Origin: Dictyostelium discoideum
Taxonomy: Eukaryota
DNA length: 64,000 nucleotides
Assembly (NCBI GenBank): GCA_000004695.1
Contig: CM000152.2
Coordinates: 2,304,001 to 2,368,000 of the forward strand
Direction of reading: 5' to 3'
Shown: one piece after another, positions 12,891-25,918 of the stretch
Layout: each line of letters starts with the position of its first letter
Numbering within the stretch: the first letter of the stretch is position 1
Program-made: the position numbers and the translations under genes
Notes under the pieces: generated by a model
Seen by the model: only the letters and a program-made list of their open reading frames with translations
Database searches by the model: none
Told to the model about the DNA's origin: nothing

Positions 12891-13367
12891 CATACACTGA
12901 TGGTAATGGTAAATCATAACTCATTCCTAAAACTTTTGAAAATGGGAAAAATACAACACCCAATGGTAAAATAACGAAAATATAATTTAAAACTAAATTA
13001 TTAATACATCTTTTAATATCTTGAGATGATGGATATTTCTAAAATAATATTAGTGTATGTTAATATTTATTTTTTTTTTTATTTATTTATTTTTTAAATT
13101 ATTTTTTTTTTTTACACATACAGTAACTTGAAGTTTTAACTTTGGGAAAAGTTTATATTTGTCAAATAAATGGAAGACAATTGCACTAAGGGCATAAAGG
13201 ATAGCCATTGAGATATAAAAAATTAAGAATAAACCAAATTCACCATAACTTTGAAGAATCCATGACCAACCATATTCAATTGAATTGGTTGGTTGTGGGT
13301 CGAGTTGGTCAATGTTATAGTTTTTTTCTGATTTGAAAAAACTTAAAATATTTCCTAATTTCATCAT
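12340..13367 (-). CDS. ERG25/SC4MOL-like methylsterol monooxygenase (fatty-acid hydroxylase superfamily); model complement(join(12340..12796,12896..13038,13122..13367)), 281 aa
   Basis: Histidine boxes HRFFHTPWFYKNIHKEHH and HDYHH plus EDFFHYFMHR align closely with human SC4MOL/yeast Erg25 (CAVIEDTWHYFLHRLLHH...HHDFHH). Exon 1 (MMKLGNIL...KLQVT) ends at a GTATGT donor and exon 2 starts after a TTTTAG acceptor. Exon 2 ends with GTATGT (phase 2) and exon 3 starts after ATAATAG, giving ...YDLPLPS-V-WKFLFDIFLCLIGEDFFHYFMHRFF. Confidence 0.8.
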
Positions 13368-13849
13368 TTTTTATTAATTGTTATTTTATTTTTATGAAGT
13401 ATTTTTTTTTTTTTTTCCCGAATAATATAAAAAAAAAAAAAAAAAAACTCGAGTATAAAATAAACAAATTATTGAAGTAATAAATTAAATATGATGGTGA
13501 TGATTAACTTTTTTTAAAAAAAAAAAAAATACTAAAAAAAAAAAAAAGCTCTAAGCTGCAAAAAATTAAAATAAATAAAAAAGAAATTAAAAAAAAAATA
13601 AAAAAAAATAAAAATCAGAAAAAAAAAAAATAAAAAAAAAAAAAAGAATAAAAAAAATAAATAATTCGGTTTTTTTTTTAATGGTTTTTTATATGAATTA
13701 TTTAAGCCCTAGTCTCGCCTAACACGAATTTTGATTTTCAAAATATCACAAAACATTTTTTTTTAATTTTTTTTCTTTTTTTTTTTTAACAGCACTGTTT
13801 TTTTTTTTTTTTTTTTAGCGAGATTTCAAAATCCAATCAATTTTTTTTT

Positions 13850-13893
<44 letters not shown>

Positions 13894-13987
13894 CTAACCA
13901 TCGTCACCTTTATTATTAATAAAACAACTAATTTATAAATTTCAATCCAGCGAATTTATTATTCATCAAGTTGATTTATTACTAAAA

Positions 13988-15847
13988 ATGGAAAATAGTC
14001 ATTCTCAATGCATCTTTAAGAATGCAAAGGATTTTTTGACTGCCAACAATGCACTTATTTATCAAGTAGTTGTTGCAATCTTATCCATTGCTTTTTTATA
14101 TAAAATTCTTTTCAATAGAAAGAATATTACTAAAAGAGCAAAGAGAGATATTGGTATTTCACCAGCATCAAATGGTACCGGTCAAAAAATTGATTGTGTT
14201 AATCCAGCAACTGGAAAATCAATGGGTATTGTAAATTCATTAAAACCAGATGAAGTTAAAACTTGTTTAGAAGCTGCTCAAAAAGCTCAAGTTGAATGGG
14301 GTCAAACAACTTTTGATGAAAGAAGACAAATCTTACAAGATTTCATTGATATGTTTATTAAACATGAAAATGAATTAGTTGAAGCATCAATGAGAGATAC
14401 TGGTAAAACAAGTAAGTTTAAATTTTATATATATTTTATTTTTTTTTTTTTAAAAAAAAGATTATCGTTTATTAATAAATTTTTTTTTTTTTCTTAAAAA
14501 GGATTTGAAGCAATGTTTGGTGAAATTTTAACAAGTTGTGAAAAATTAAGATATTTAATTCAAAATGGTGAAAAAGCATTAAAAACTGAAGATAGAATTG
14601 TACCAATGTTAATGGGTACAAAATCAGCAAGATTAGAATATCATCCATTAGGTGTAATTGGTATTATTATTCCATGGAATTATCCAATTCATAGTATTAT
14701 TTCAGCAGCAGCAGCAGCAATTTTTGCAGGTAATGCAGCATTGGTAAAGGTATCAGAATGGTCAACTCATTCAAAGATTCTTTTTGAACATCTTTTAAGA
14801 AAAGTTTTATCCAATAGAGGTTATGATCCAAATTTGATTCAAATTCTTCCAGGTATGGGTGAAACTGGTGAAGCATTAGTTCGTAGTGGTGTCGATAAGA
14901 TTTTATTCATTGGTTCACCAGGTACTGGTAAACGTGTTATGAAAGCTGCAAGTGATAGTCTCACTCCAGTTATTTTAGAACTCGGTGGTAAAGATCCAAT
15001 GATTGTTTTCGATGATGTTGAATTGGATTGGGCATTAGCAATTGTACAAAGAGGTTGTTTCATTAATTTAGGTCAAAATTGTATTTCATCAGAGAGAGTA
15101 TTTGTTCATGAGAAGATCTATGATCAATTCTGTAAACAAATGGCTGATAAAATCAATTCTCTCAAACAAGGTCCACCAGAAGAAGGTCATTTCGATTTTG
15201 GTTCAATGACTATGCCAGCACAGGTTGATAAGGTTGAACATCTCGTTGGCACCGCCATCAAAGAGGGTGCCACATTATTAGCTGGTGGTAAAAGAAATCC
15301 AGCTTATCCAAAGGGTAACTATTTCCTTCCAACCGTTTTAGCAAATGTCACTGAAAATATGACAATTTTCCAAGAGGAAGCTTTTGGTCCAGTTTGTAGT
15401 ATCATTAAATTCTCTGATGAACACGATCTCATTCGTAAGGCCAATGGCACTGCTTTTGGTTTAGGTTGTTCAATCCTCAGTAGTGACATTAAAAGAGCTG
15501 AACGTATAGGTAGCAAAATCTCAACTGGTATGTTAACTATCAATGATTATGGTGCATCTTATTTAATTCAAGATCTTCCATTTGGTGGTTGTAAAGAATC
15601 TGGTTTCGGTCGTTTCAATGGTCCAGAAGGTCTTAGAGGTTTCTCACGTGAAGTTTCTATCCTCACTGATCGTTTTGGTATTAAAACTCCAGTTCCACGT
15701 CTTATTCGTTATCCAATTGATCCAGCTTCAGTTGGTATCATTCGTCAAGCTATCTATATGATTTATCAAAGAGGTATTGTCAATAAATTAAGAGCTGCTT
15801 TAAATTTTACTTCTCAAGTTATTAAAAATCCAAAATTATTATTATAA
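13988..15847 (+). CDS. aldehyde dehydrogenase family protein with N-terminal transmembrane anchor (ALDH22/Msc7-like); model join(13988..14411,14502..15847), about 589 aa
   Basis: ALDH motifs ELGGKDP, FINLGQNC (catalytic Cys), EEAFGPV and GKT-R-FEAMFGEI spanning the splice junction. Exon 1 ends at a GTAAGT donor (14412-14417, phase 1) and the acceptor is AAAAAG at 14501. The hydrophobic N-terminus (LIYQVVVAILSIAFLYKILF) is consistent with a membrane anchor. Confidence 0.8.
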
Positions 15848-15867
15848 GAAATTTTAAATAAAATACT

Positions 15868-15899
<32 letters not shown>

Positions 15900-16141
15900 T
15901 TAAAAAAAATAATAAATACAAATATGTAATATTATATTAATATTTCAATTTTATTATTTTATTATTTTTTTAGTTTTTTTTTAATTATTAAAAATATAAT
16001 AATTATTATTAAGTATCTATTTTTATGTTTTAAGTAATTATAATTAAAAATTAAATTTGCGTGTCATATTTTTTTTATTTTTTTTATTATTTTATTTTTT
16101 TTTGGTTTTGTAATAATGATTAGATCTTGAAAAAGTTAAAC

Positions 16142-16172
<31 letters not shown>

Positions 16173-16204
16173 TGAAATGATGATTAGCAAGATTGTGTAT
16201 TTGA

Positions 16205-16236
<32 letters not shown>

Positions 16237-16737
16237 AAAAATATAAAAAAAAAAGGTTTATAAAGGGGTATGTGGGGGTTGTTGATTTTTTTTTATCAAA
16301 ACTACCTTTATCTTTTTTTTTTTTTTTTTTTTTTAAGTTATCTTATTAAATCTAACTTTATCTGTCCAATTTTTAAAATTTTTTTTTTTAAAAAAAAAAC
16401 AAGAATTTATAAATCTGTCAAACGGATGATGGATGGATATTTTATATTTGTATTCTGTATTTACATTGTTAATTTTTATAATGTTTTTTTTTTTTTTATT
16501 AATTTTTTTTAAAAAAAAAAAAAAATATAAATAATAAAAGAAATTATTTTTTATTTTCATTATTAATCTTCTTTTAATAGTTATCAACAAACAAAAAAAA
16601 AAAAGTATTTAAAATACTTGAGTATATAATTTCAATATTATTATCTCAAAAAATTTAATAAAAATATATATTAATTTTTTATTTTTTTTTTCAATTATTT
16701 ATTTTTTTATTATAGAATTTAAATTTTTTACAAAAAA

Positions 16738-17070
16738 ATGGCAGCATTAGAAAATTTTTTAATTTTAAGAGATGGAATTAACCAATCAAAATTTATGGAA
16801 ATGTTTGAAAAATTTTTTCATGAAAATGTTGTAATGATCCAAAATGGAGCCATCATAGAGGGAAAAGCCAAAAATAGAGAAATCCAAGAAAACTTTATTA
16901 AAAACTCTGTTATTCATGAAATTAAAATTGTTTCATTTGAAGAAAGGGGAGACACTATTGTTTATCAAATGGTAATGAATTTTGAAATTGGTGGTCATGT
17001 AATTAACAAAAACCAAGAGGTTCATCAAACTTGGGAATATGATAAAGTTATTAGAGAATTATATGTTTAG
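16738..17070 (+). CDS. small hypothetical protein (110 aa), possibly NTF2-like/SnoaL-like fold
   Basis: ATG in an A-rich context with non-repetitive protein-like composition. The fold assignment rests only on size and alternating hydrophobic pattern and is weak. Confidence 0.4.
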   Translation: MAALENFLILRDGINQSKFMEMFEKFFHENVVMIQNGAIIEGKAKNREIQENFIKNSVIHEIKIVSFEERGDTIVYQMVMNFEIGGHVINKNQEVHQTWEYDKVIRELYV

Positions 17071-17488
17071 AAAAAAGTAAAAAAGAAAAAAAAAGTAAAA
17101 ATTAATAATTTTATATAAAATTAAATAAAAATATCATTTGAATTTATTTTTAAATGATTTAATAATTAAATAAAAAAAAAAAAAAAAAAAAAAAAAAAAT
17201 AAAAATAATCTTTAAGAAAGCTAAAAAAAACATTGATAATTTTTTTTTTTTTATGGATCCTATTCTTATTAATATCCAAAAAAACAAAAAAACGTTTAAA
17301 AAAAAAAAAAAAAAAAAAAAAATAAAAATAAACAAAAAATAAGGATAAAAATAACTTTTTTTTATGGGGGTTACAATTAATTTTTAATAGGGGGTTGGAA
17401 AAAATAAAAATAAAAATAAAAATAAAAATAAAAATAAAAATATAAAATATTAATAATTTAATTTTTTAAAAAAGATATACGTGGATAA

Positions 17489-17758
17489 TTAAATTTTTAT
17501 TAAACACAAAACATTCTTTTTCATTGTTTTTGAAATCGATATAATTTTTTTTTCACTTAAAAAGCTTTTTTTCTTTAATTTAAAATTTGATTTGCCAATA
17601 TTATTATTTAAGGTTTTCTTAACTTTTGGAATTTTGATTTTACCCTCTCTTTCTAATTTTCCTAAATGATTTCTAATATTTTCAATTGGACAATTATTTA
17701 TATTATTATTATTATTATTTATTTGGTCATTATTTATTTGGTTATTATTATTAATTTG

Positions 17759-17830
<72 letters not shown>

Positions 17831-18121
17831 TTCATTTTTAATATTTTCATTTTGTGGTAGAGGATTTAAAGATGGATTAAAGGTCGAACATGGAATATTA
17901 GAAGGACGGAAAATAAATTCGGAACTATATCTTATATTGGCATTATGATAAAAATTTAATTCTTGATCATCGAGAGAATCATCGTCATCAACACCTTCAA
18001 ATTCAAAAACCAATGGCTGGGTCGATAGAAATTGTCTTTGTTCGAGGAGATGACTAGTTGTATTTAAGCATGTTGGATGAATTAATGATATAGTTTCAAA
18101 TTCTGGTAATAAACTTTCCAT
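17489..18121 (-). CDS. divergent member (210 aa) of the MESLLP-family that is tandemly repeated at 21.5-25.9 kb
   Basis: Shares the N-terminus (MESLLPEFETISLIHP...TSHLLEQRQFLSTQPLVFEFEGVDDDD) and C-terminus (ENIRNHLGKLEREGKIKIPK...KKKSFLSEKKIISISKTMKKNVLCLIKI) with ORFs 21510..22037, 23562..24077 and 25430..25918, separated by a polyN/QINN spacer. Confidence 0.5.
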
Positions 18122-18226
18122 TTTTTTTTTTTTTTTTTTTTTTTTAATTAACTAATTTTTTTAAAATAAAATGAAAACTGTTTTTTTTTTTTTTGGAAAA
18201 AAAATAATAATTATTTTAATATGTGA

Positions 18227-18261
<35 letters not shown>

Positions 18262-18279
18262 CTTTTAGAAAAAAAAAAT

Positions 18280-18314
<35 letters not shown>

Positions 18315-19649
18315 CCTTTTTATTTTATATATGTTACCTTAATTTTTTTTTTTTTTTTTTTATTTTTATATAAATAACTGTTTATGGTGGTTAGAAATTT
18401 TTTTTTTTGTTTTCTTTTATTTTGATTTTTATATTATCGTGATGGTGAGGATGAAATAAAAAGAAATGAAAAAAAAAAAAAAAAAAAACAAAAAAAACAA
18501 AACAAAAATAAACAACACAAAAAAAAAAAAATAATAATAATAAATATATAAAAAATAAAAAAAATAAAAATAAAATAAAAAATTTAAAAATAAAAAAAAA
18601 AAAAAAAAAAAAAAAACAATTTAAATATGTAAAAATAAAATTTAATTAAATCTCGACATTACGATCACCATGGGTGATAATTAATTGTATCCGAATAATA
18701 ATGTGGGTGTATAAATTATAATAGTATTAATAATAATAGTGCGTGGTGTGGGTGTGAATGTGTGTTGAATAATATCCAAAATGATTGGCTTAATAAATTA
18801 TCTTTTTTATTATTACTATTTTTATTTTATTTTATTTTATTATTAATTTAATTTTTATTTTTATTATTTTTAATAGTTATTGTATTGTTGATGGAAAATG
18901 GTGGTGTTGGATTATAATTTAAAATAACTATTTCTACAACAACAACAACAACAACAACAACAAAAAAAAAAAAAAAAAAAAATACAATAAAAAAAAAAAA
19001 AAAATCAAAAATAACAACAACACATATTTTTTTTTAAATCTAATAAAAAAAAACTTTTTGAAATTTATATTTTTTTTAATCTTTTTGGCGAGAGATTTGT
19101 ATTTGAAAATTATTTTCCACCAAATGAGATTCAAATCAACTCCCCCCACCACTACAACCACACATGAAAATTAAAAAAAAAAAAAAAAAAAAATTTAATT
19201 AGGGGGGTCTGTTAACTAAATTACATATATATATATACATTTTTCATATGTAAATGATCTTAGGGTAAAATTAAAAGTAATAATATACTTTTTTATGTAA
19301 TTAAAATGAGTGTGAAAGTGGGTTGTTTTGTAAACTTGTTTTTTTTTTTTTTTTTACTTGTTATTGTAACATTTTGGTGATCTAAAAATATAAATGAATT
19401 TTTAAAATTAAATATCATACCATTAACTATATATTTTTTTAAATAAGTGGGTGAATTTGAATGTTGGTGAGTGTGTGTGAGAGTGGGTTATTATGTATTA
19501 AACTTGTTTAGAGAAAAAAAAAAAAAAAAATAAAAAAAAAAAAAGGTGGTTGTGTGTGTAAATGGTGTGGGGAAATTAAATTAAAAAATGGCTTGAAATA
19601 GAAAAAGTATAGAGTTATTCTATATACATTTGTGTAAAAATTTATTTCC

Positions 19650-19688
<39 letters not shown>

Positions 19689-20465
19689 TGCCAATGAGAA
19701 CTTTTATTTTAAAATTTTTATCTTATATTAAATTAATACTAATATTAGATCTAAAAAAATTGGTATTTTAAGGGAATAAAAAAAAAAAAAAAAAACTGTT
19801 TTAATAAAGTCATATCATATAAATTTCCAAATTACTCTACTTTAATTTTATTTTTTTTATTTTTTAAAAATTTTAATTTGTTAGGTAACAATAAATATTT
19901 CATTTATTTGAAAAATTAATTCATAAAATAGACTTGAAATCAAAAAAACGTCAAAAAAGATAATAGTGATTTTTTTTTTTTATTTTTAGATTTTATTATT
20001 TGCCAATTGTAAATGGTGTGGGGGAAAAAATGTTTTTCATTATTTTTTATTTTATTTTTTCCACTTTTAAAAAAACAGTAAAGTTTATTTGTAGCGACAA
20101 TTTTAAAAAAAAAAAAAACAAAACAAAATTTTATAAAATAATAGTTTTTGAATTAAGATTTTAAAACATGTCTCCATTTGATCGAAATTTTTATATAAAT
20201 TAATAAAATTTAATTTTAGATCAATTAAAAATAGTAAAAATGAAAGATAAAAAACTTTTTTAAAAAAAAAATAAATAAAAAATAATAATGATACATAAAC
20301 CTCATATAATTCAATGGTGTTGATGATGATATAAATTAATGTCAATACAATAAAAACTTTGGGAATAGGGAGTATTTCATAAACCTCTTAATTTTTGAAA
20401 AATAATTAGAAAAAAAAAAAAAAAAAATTTATAAATTAGTTTTGTGTGTACGTGTCTGTGTATGG

Positions 20466-20503
<38 letters not shown>

Positions 20504-21509
20504 AAGATGATATTGTTATTATTGATTGTAAATTAAGGTTGGATGATTTAAAATTTTTATTAAACTCCAATTACTACATTTGATAATCTATTATTAATAA
20601 TATTTATGAGAAATAATCACATTTAATCTATTGAAATCTTGATAATTCTTTTTCTTTTTACTACCAAAAAAAACAACCACATCTTTTATTCATTTTTTTT
20701 TTTTTTTATACAAAAATAGGTTTTATCTTCCTCAAATCATTTATTTCTCAACTCTCATGACATTAGATTTTATTTTTTATAGATTAAAATTAAACCAATA
20801 ATAATAAACTTCCTTTTTTATATTTTTATTAAATCATGAATGTTTTTTATTTTTTTTAAAAAATGTTTTTATTGTTAATTTAAAATTTGTATTGTATAAA
20901 TATGTACAAATGGGTGTGTTATCTATTATTCCTAATAAAGTATTGTTAAATTTGTAATTCAATAATTGGGTAACACAAAACAAAGTTTCTAATATTGAAA
21001 AAACCATACCCCAAAAAAAAGTATTTAAATTAAACTTATGGGGGCAGTGTTTATTTCATTCTTAACTAATTTTTTATCTAATTATTATTTTATTAATAAA
21101 AAAAAAAAAAACACCAATTCAAAATTTGTCGTTATTTCATTTCCATAAAAAGGTGTTTTATTGTTAATTTTTTTTTTTTTTTTATTTTTTAAAAAAAATA
21201 AAAAATAAATCACAAATAAATAAAAAATAGAAAATTAAAAAAAAAAAAAATAAAAAAAAAATTAAAATAAAAAAATTAAAATAAAAAAATTTCCCTAAAA
21301 AAGTTAAAATTAATTTGTTTATTTTTTTAATTTTTTTTGTTTTTTTTTTTTTTTTTTTTTATCTGAAAAAAAAAAATCAAAATAATTTCAAGGAAAACAC
21401 TGGGGGTAGTTAATTGAAAAAAAAAAAAAAAAAAAAAATATGAACAATCTTTTGTTCATATTTTTTTTTTTTGAGAATATTTTATATTAAAAAAAAGAAA
21501 TAACTTTAT

Positions 21510-21742
21510 TTATTTTATTAAGCAATGAAACATATTTTTTTTCATTGTATTTGAAATTGAAATGAACTTTTTATCCCTTATAAAACTATTTTTTTTAATT
21601 TGAAAACCAGATTGATGGCTTTTATGAGAATTTAAACTTTTAGGAATTTTAATATGACCCTCTTTTTCTAAATTCTTTAAATGATTTGTAATATTTTCAA
21701 TTTGGTAATAATTATTTATATTATTGGTTTCATTTGAAATTA

Positions 21743-21821
<79 letters not shown>

Positions 21822-22037
21822 TTGTTTTAATGTTTGATCTGGTTTAAAATTATTATTATAAAAATTTAATTCTTGATCGAGAGTATCATCGGATTCGTCA
21901 TCATCCCAAACACCTTCAAATTCAATTACTAATGGTTGAGTTGATAGAAATTTTCTTTGTTCAAGGAGATGACTAGTTGCAGAACTCATTGGATGAATTA
22001 ATGATATTGTATTAAATTGTGGTAATAAACTTTCCAT
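21510..22037 (-). CDS. MESLLP-family hypothetical protein, tandem copy A (175 aa)
   Basis: ATG-initiated ORF with the conserved N-terminal 60 aa, a polyN spacer and the conserved C-terminal block ending CLIK. Nearly identical to copies B and C. Confidence 0.55.
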
Positions 22038-22069
22038 ATTTTTATTATTAATTTTATTATTACTATTAT

Positions 22070-22110
<41 letters not shown>

Positions 22111-22695
22111 TAATTACTATGATACTATTTTTTTTTTTTTTTTTTTAAAAATTTTTTTTTTTTTTTCTTGCTTGTCTTATTATTTTTTATTTTTATTTTT
22201 TTTTTATACAAATAAAATAAGATTTGATTTGTTTTGTTTTTTTAAAAAAATGAAATTAAAAAAAAAAAAAAAAAAAAGAAAAGGAAAAAAAAAAAAGGGT
22301 AATAATGTAAAAAATTAAAATAAAAGTTTTTTTTTTTTTTTCACACCGTCAGGTGAAATGAATTTATTTAAGAATTTCGCCAACAAAGATCTTTTTAGAT
22401 TGTTGTGATTATTTTGCGAATTAAAAAAAAGTTTTTTTTATTTTTTATTTTAATTTTATTTTTTTTTTATTTTAATTTTTTTTTTTTTTTTTTTTTTTAT
22501 AAAAATTTGCACATATGCATCGACGGGTAAGGTGCTCTAAATCAAATTTTTTTAATTTTATTTTTTTTATTTTTTAATTTTATTTTTTTATTTTTTTTTT
22601 TTTTTTTGTTTATTTATTTTTATTTGAATAATTTAAATGGATTGAACCATTTTAAATTTCTTTTGGATTGAACCATTTTTTTTATTTTTTTTTTA

Positions 22696-22726
<31 letters not shown>

Positions 22727-22848
22727 AATAACTCTATTTTATTATATTTTAAATTTTATATTAAAATTATTTTTAAAATAATAAAGAATATGATCTAATT
22801 CACTGTCTAATCGTCTCTAAAAAATTCAAACGTTAATGGGCGAAAGAC

Positions 22849-22881
<33 letters not shown>

Positions 22882-23561
22882 GTGTTGGGTGATAATATCT
22901 TTAAAGTAAGTATAAATTAAATATCATTGGCGGGTGTTTTTTTTTTTTTTTTTTTGAAAAAACTATATATTTGAAAATTTCAATCTGATTAATCTCAAAC
23001 AACCAATATTGCTGTTAATAAATTAATGTGAAAAGTTCGCCCCCCTTTTGCCATCGTTAGTTACAAACTCCATCAAAACTAAAAAGCTTGACAATCGGAG
23101 GATCTGACAAAGATACACAAACATATGTTTATGAAAAAAAAAAAAAATAAAATAAAAAAAATAATAATAGCAAAATAAAACAATAATAATAATAATTATA
23201 ATAATTGGCCAAAAAAAAATAAAATAAAATAAAATAAAAATAAAAATAAAAATAAATTGCAAACCCTTTTTTTTAATCCCAAAATAAAAAAAAAAAAAAC
23301 GTGTCCAAAATTTGCAAATTTTACATTTTTTTTATTTTTTTATTTTTTTGTTTTTTTTATTTTTTTGTTTTTTTTGGGCCAAAAAAATCTAAATTTCGAA
23401 ATAATTTTTCGAGGAAGATGGTGAGTGGTCAATCCAAAAATTTTTTTTTTACAAAAAAAAAAAAAATATTAAAAAAAGATACCCACACAAAAAAAAAATA
23501 TAAAAACAGTATGGGGTGATTAAAATAATTAAAAAAAAAAGAAAAAAAGAAATAATTTTAT

Positions 23562-23791
23562 TTATTTTATAAAGCAATGAAATATATTATTTTTCATTGT
23601 ATTTGAAATTGAAATTAATTTTTTATCCCTTATAAAACTATTTTTTTTAATTTGAAATCCAGATTGATGGCTTTTACGAAAATTTAAACTTTTAGGAATT
23701 TTAACATGACCTTCTTTTTCTAATTTTTTTAAATGTTTTTTAATATTTTCAATTTGATAATTATTTATATTATTGGTTTCATTTGAAATTA

Positions 23792-23873
<82 letters not shown>

Positions 23874-24077
23874 TTGAATTTGTTTAAAATTATTATTATA
23901 AAAATTTAATTCTTGATCTAAAGTATCATCGGATTCGTCATCATCCCAAACACCTTCAAATTCGATTACTAGTGGCTGGGTTGATAGAAATTGTCTTTGT
24001 TCAAGGAGATGACTAGTTGCAGAACTCATTGGATGAATTAATGATATTGTATTAAATTGTGGTAATAAACTTTCCAT
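23562..24077 (-). CDS. MESLLP-family hypothetical protein, tandem copy B (171 aa)
   Basis: About 95 percent identical to copies A and C at protein level. Sits in the same position within a ~1.95 kb repeat unit. Confidence 0.55.
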
Positions 24078-24875
24078 TTTTTTTTTTTTTATTATCGTTA
24101 TAGTTTTTTTTTTTTTTTTTATTTATATTTAATTTATTTTAATATATTTATATTTATTTTATTTTTTAATAGGAAAATATTTTTATATTTAAATTTTTAT
24201 TATTATTATTTTATAACAAATGAAATATTTTTTGATTTGTTTTTTTTTAAAAAAAATGAAGAAAAAAAAAAAAAAAAAAAAGAAAAGAAAAAAAGAAAAA
24301 AAAAAAAAAAAGGGTAATAATGTAAAAATAAATTAAATTTAAATAAATTTTTTTTTTTTTTTTAAACCGGGTCAGTGACTAAATGAATTTATTAAAGAAT
24401 TTCGTCAACAAAGATCTTTTTGGATTGTTTGTGATTATTTTTTTTAATTTGCGACCTAAAAAAAAGGTTTTTTTTTTTTATTTTTCTTTTTTTATTTTTT
24501 ATTTTTTTTATTTTCAAAAAATATTTAGGATTGCACCATTTTAAATTTCTTTTAATTTTCCACCATTTTTTTTTTATTTTGTTTTTAACTTAAAGTTATT
24601 ATTGTAATTGATTAATATCTTTTTTTTTTTTTTTTTTTATCTAATTTATAAATTTTATTAAAATTATTTTTTATAAAAAAAATTATAAATTTAAGTTTCC
24701 AGAAAAATAATTTCCATAAAAGGAAAAAAAACTATAAAAAAAAAAAAAAAAAAAAAATAGAAAAATATAAAAAAAAAAAAAAAAAATAGAAAAATATAAA
24801 AAAAAAAAAAATTTGCCCTTTAACAGTTGGGTGATAATATCTTAGATAGGTAAGTATAAATTAAATATCGTTTGT

Positions 24876-24920
<45 letters not shown>

Positions 24921-25429
24921 AAAAAAACTATACATTACAAACAACCAATGTTGCTGTTAATAAATTAATGTGAAAAGTTCGCCCCCCTTTTGCCATCGTT
25001 AGTTACAAACTCCATCAAAACTAAAAAGCTTGATAATAAAAGGATCTGATAAAGACACACAAATATATGTTTATATTAAAAAAATAAAAAAATATAAAAA
25101 AAATAAAAAAATAATAACAATAATAAAATAAAACAATAATAAAAATAATAATGGTCAATTAACCAAAAAAAAAAAAAATAAATAAAAAAAAAAAAAAATT
25201 AATTACAGCGCAAATTTTACAATTTCAATTTTTTATTTTTTTGTTTTTTTTTATTTTTTTTTTTTGTCCAAAAAAAATCTAAATAATTTTTCAAGGAAGA
25301 AGGTGAGTGGTCAATCCAAAAATTTTAAAAAAAAAAATTTTAAAAAAAAAAAAAATATGAAAAAAATAGATGCACACAAACAGTGCGGGGTGATTTAAAA
25401 TTATTAAAAAAAAAAAGAGATAACTTTAT

Positions 25430-25918
25430 TTATTTTATTAAGCAATGAAATATATTATTTTTCATTGTATTTGAAATTGAAATTAATTTTTTATCCCTTA
25501 TAAAACTATTTTTTTTAATTTGAAATCCAGATTGATGGCTTTTACGAAAATTTAAACTTTTTGGAATTTTAATATGACCTTCTTTTTCTAATTTTTTTAA
25601 ATGTTTTGAAATGGTTTCAATTTGATAATTATTTATATTATTGTTTTCATTTGAAATTATATTGTTATTATTATTATTATTATTACTATTATTATTATTA
25701 TTATTATTTATATTTTGTGTTTGTTTAAAATTATTATTATAAAAATTTAATTCTAGATCTAGGGTATCTTCAGATTCGTCGTCGTCCCAAACACCTTCAA
25801 ATTCGATTACTAATGGTTGAGTTGATAGAAATTGTCTTTGTTCAAGGAGATGACTAGTTGCGGAACTCATTGGATGAATTAATGATATTGTATTAAATTG
25901 TGGTAATAAACTTTCCAT
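25430..25918 (-). CDS. MESLLP-family hypothetical protein, tandem copy C (162 aa)
   Basis: Same family; the polyN spacer is shorter. Flanks match those of copy B. Confidence 0.55.
   Translation of the reverse strand: MESLLPQFNTISLIHPMSSATSHLLEQRQFLSTQPLVIEFEGVWDDDESEDTLDLELNFYNNNFKQTQNINNNNNNNSNNNNNNNNIISNENNNINNYQIETISKHLKKLEKEGHIKIPKSLNFRKSHQSGFQIKKNSFIRDKKLISISNTMKNNIFHCLIK

Noticed and set aside
16270-16590. ORFs 16270..16512 (+) and 16333..16590 (-) in the spacer after the ALDH gene
   Set aside because: Poly-F/poly-K translations of AT-rich spacer with mutually overlapping strands; no splice or start context.
23023-23262. Minus-strand ORF 23023..23262 ending ...MEFVTNDGKRGANFSH within the conserved repeat block
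   Set aside because: Mostly poly-I/F from AT-rich spacer. Only the last 16 codons fall in the conserved block and that piece is not preserved as an ORF with a sensible start. The block's conservation is better explained by recent duplication or an RNA element (kept as a finding instead).
21510-25918. Possible C-terminal CaaX prenylation box (CLIK/CFIK) in the MESLLP family
   Set aside because: X = Lys is not a typical farnesyl/geranylgeranyl acceptor, and the divergent paralog ends CLIKI (Cys fifth from the end), so the motif is not conserved as a CaaX.
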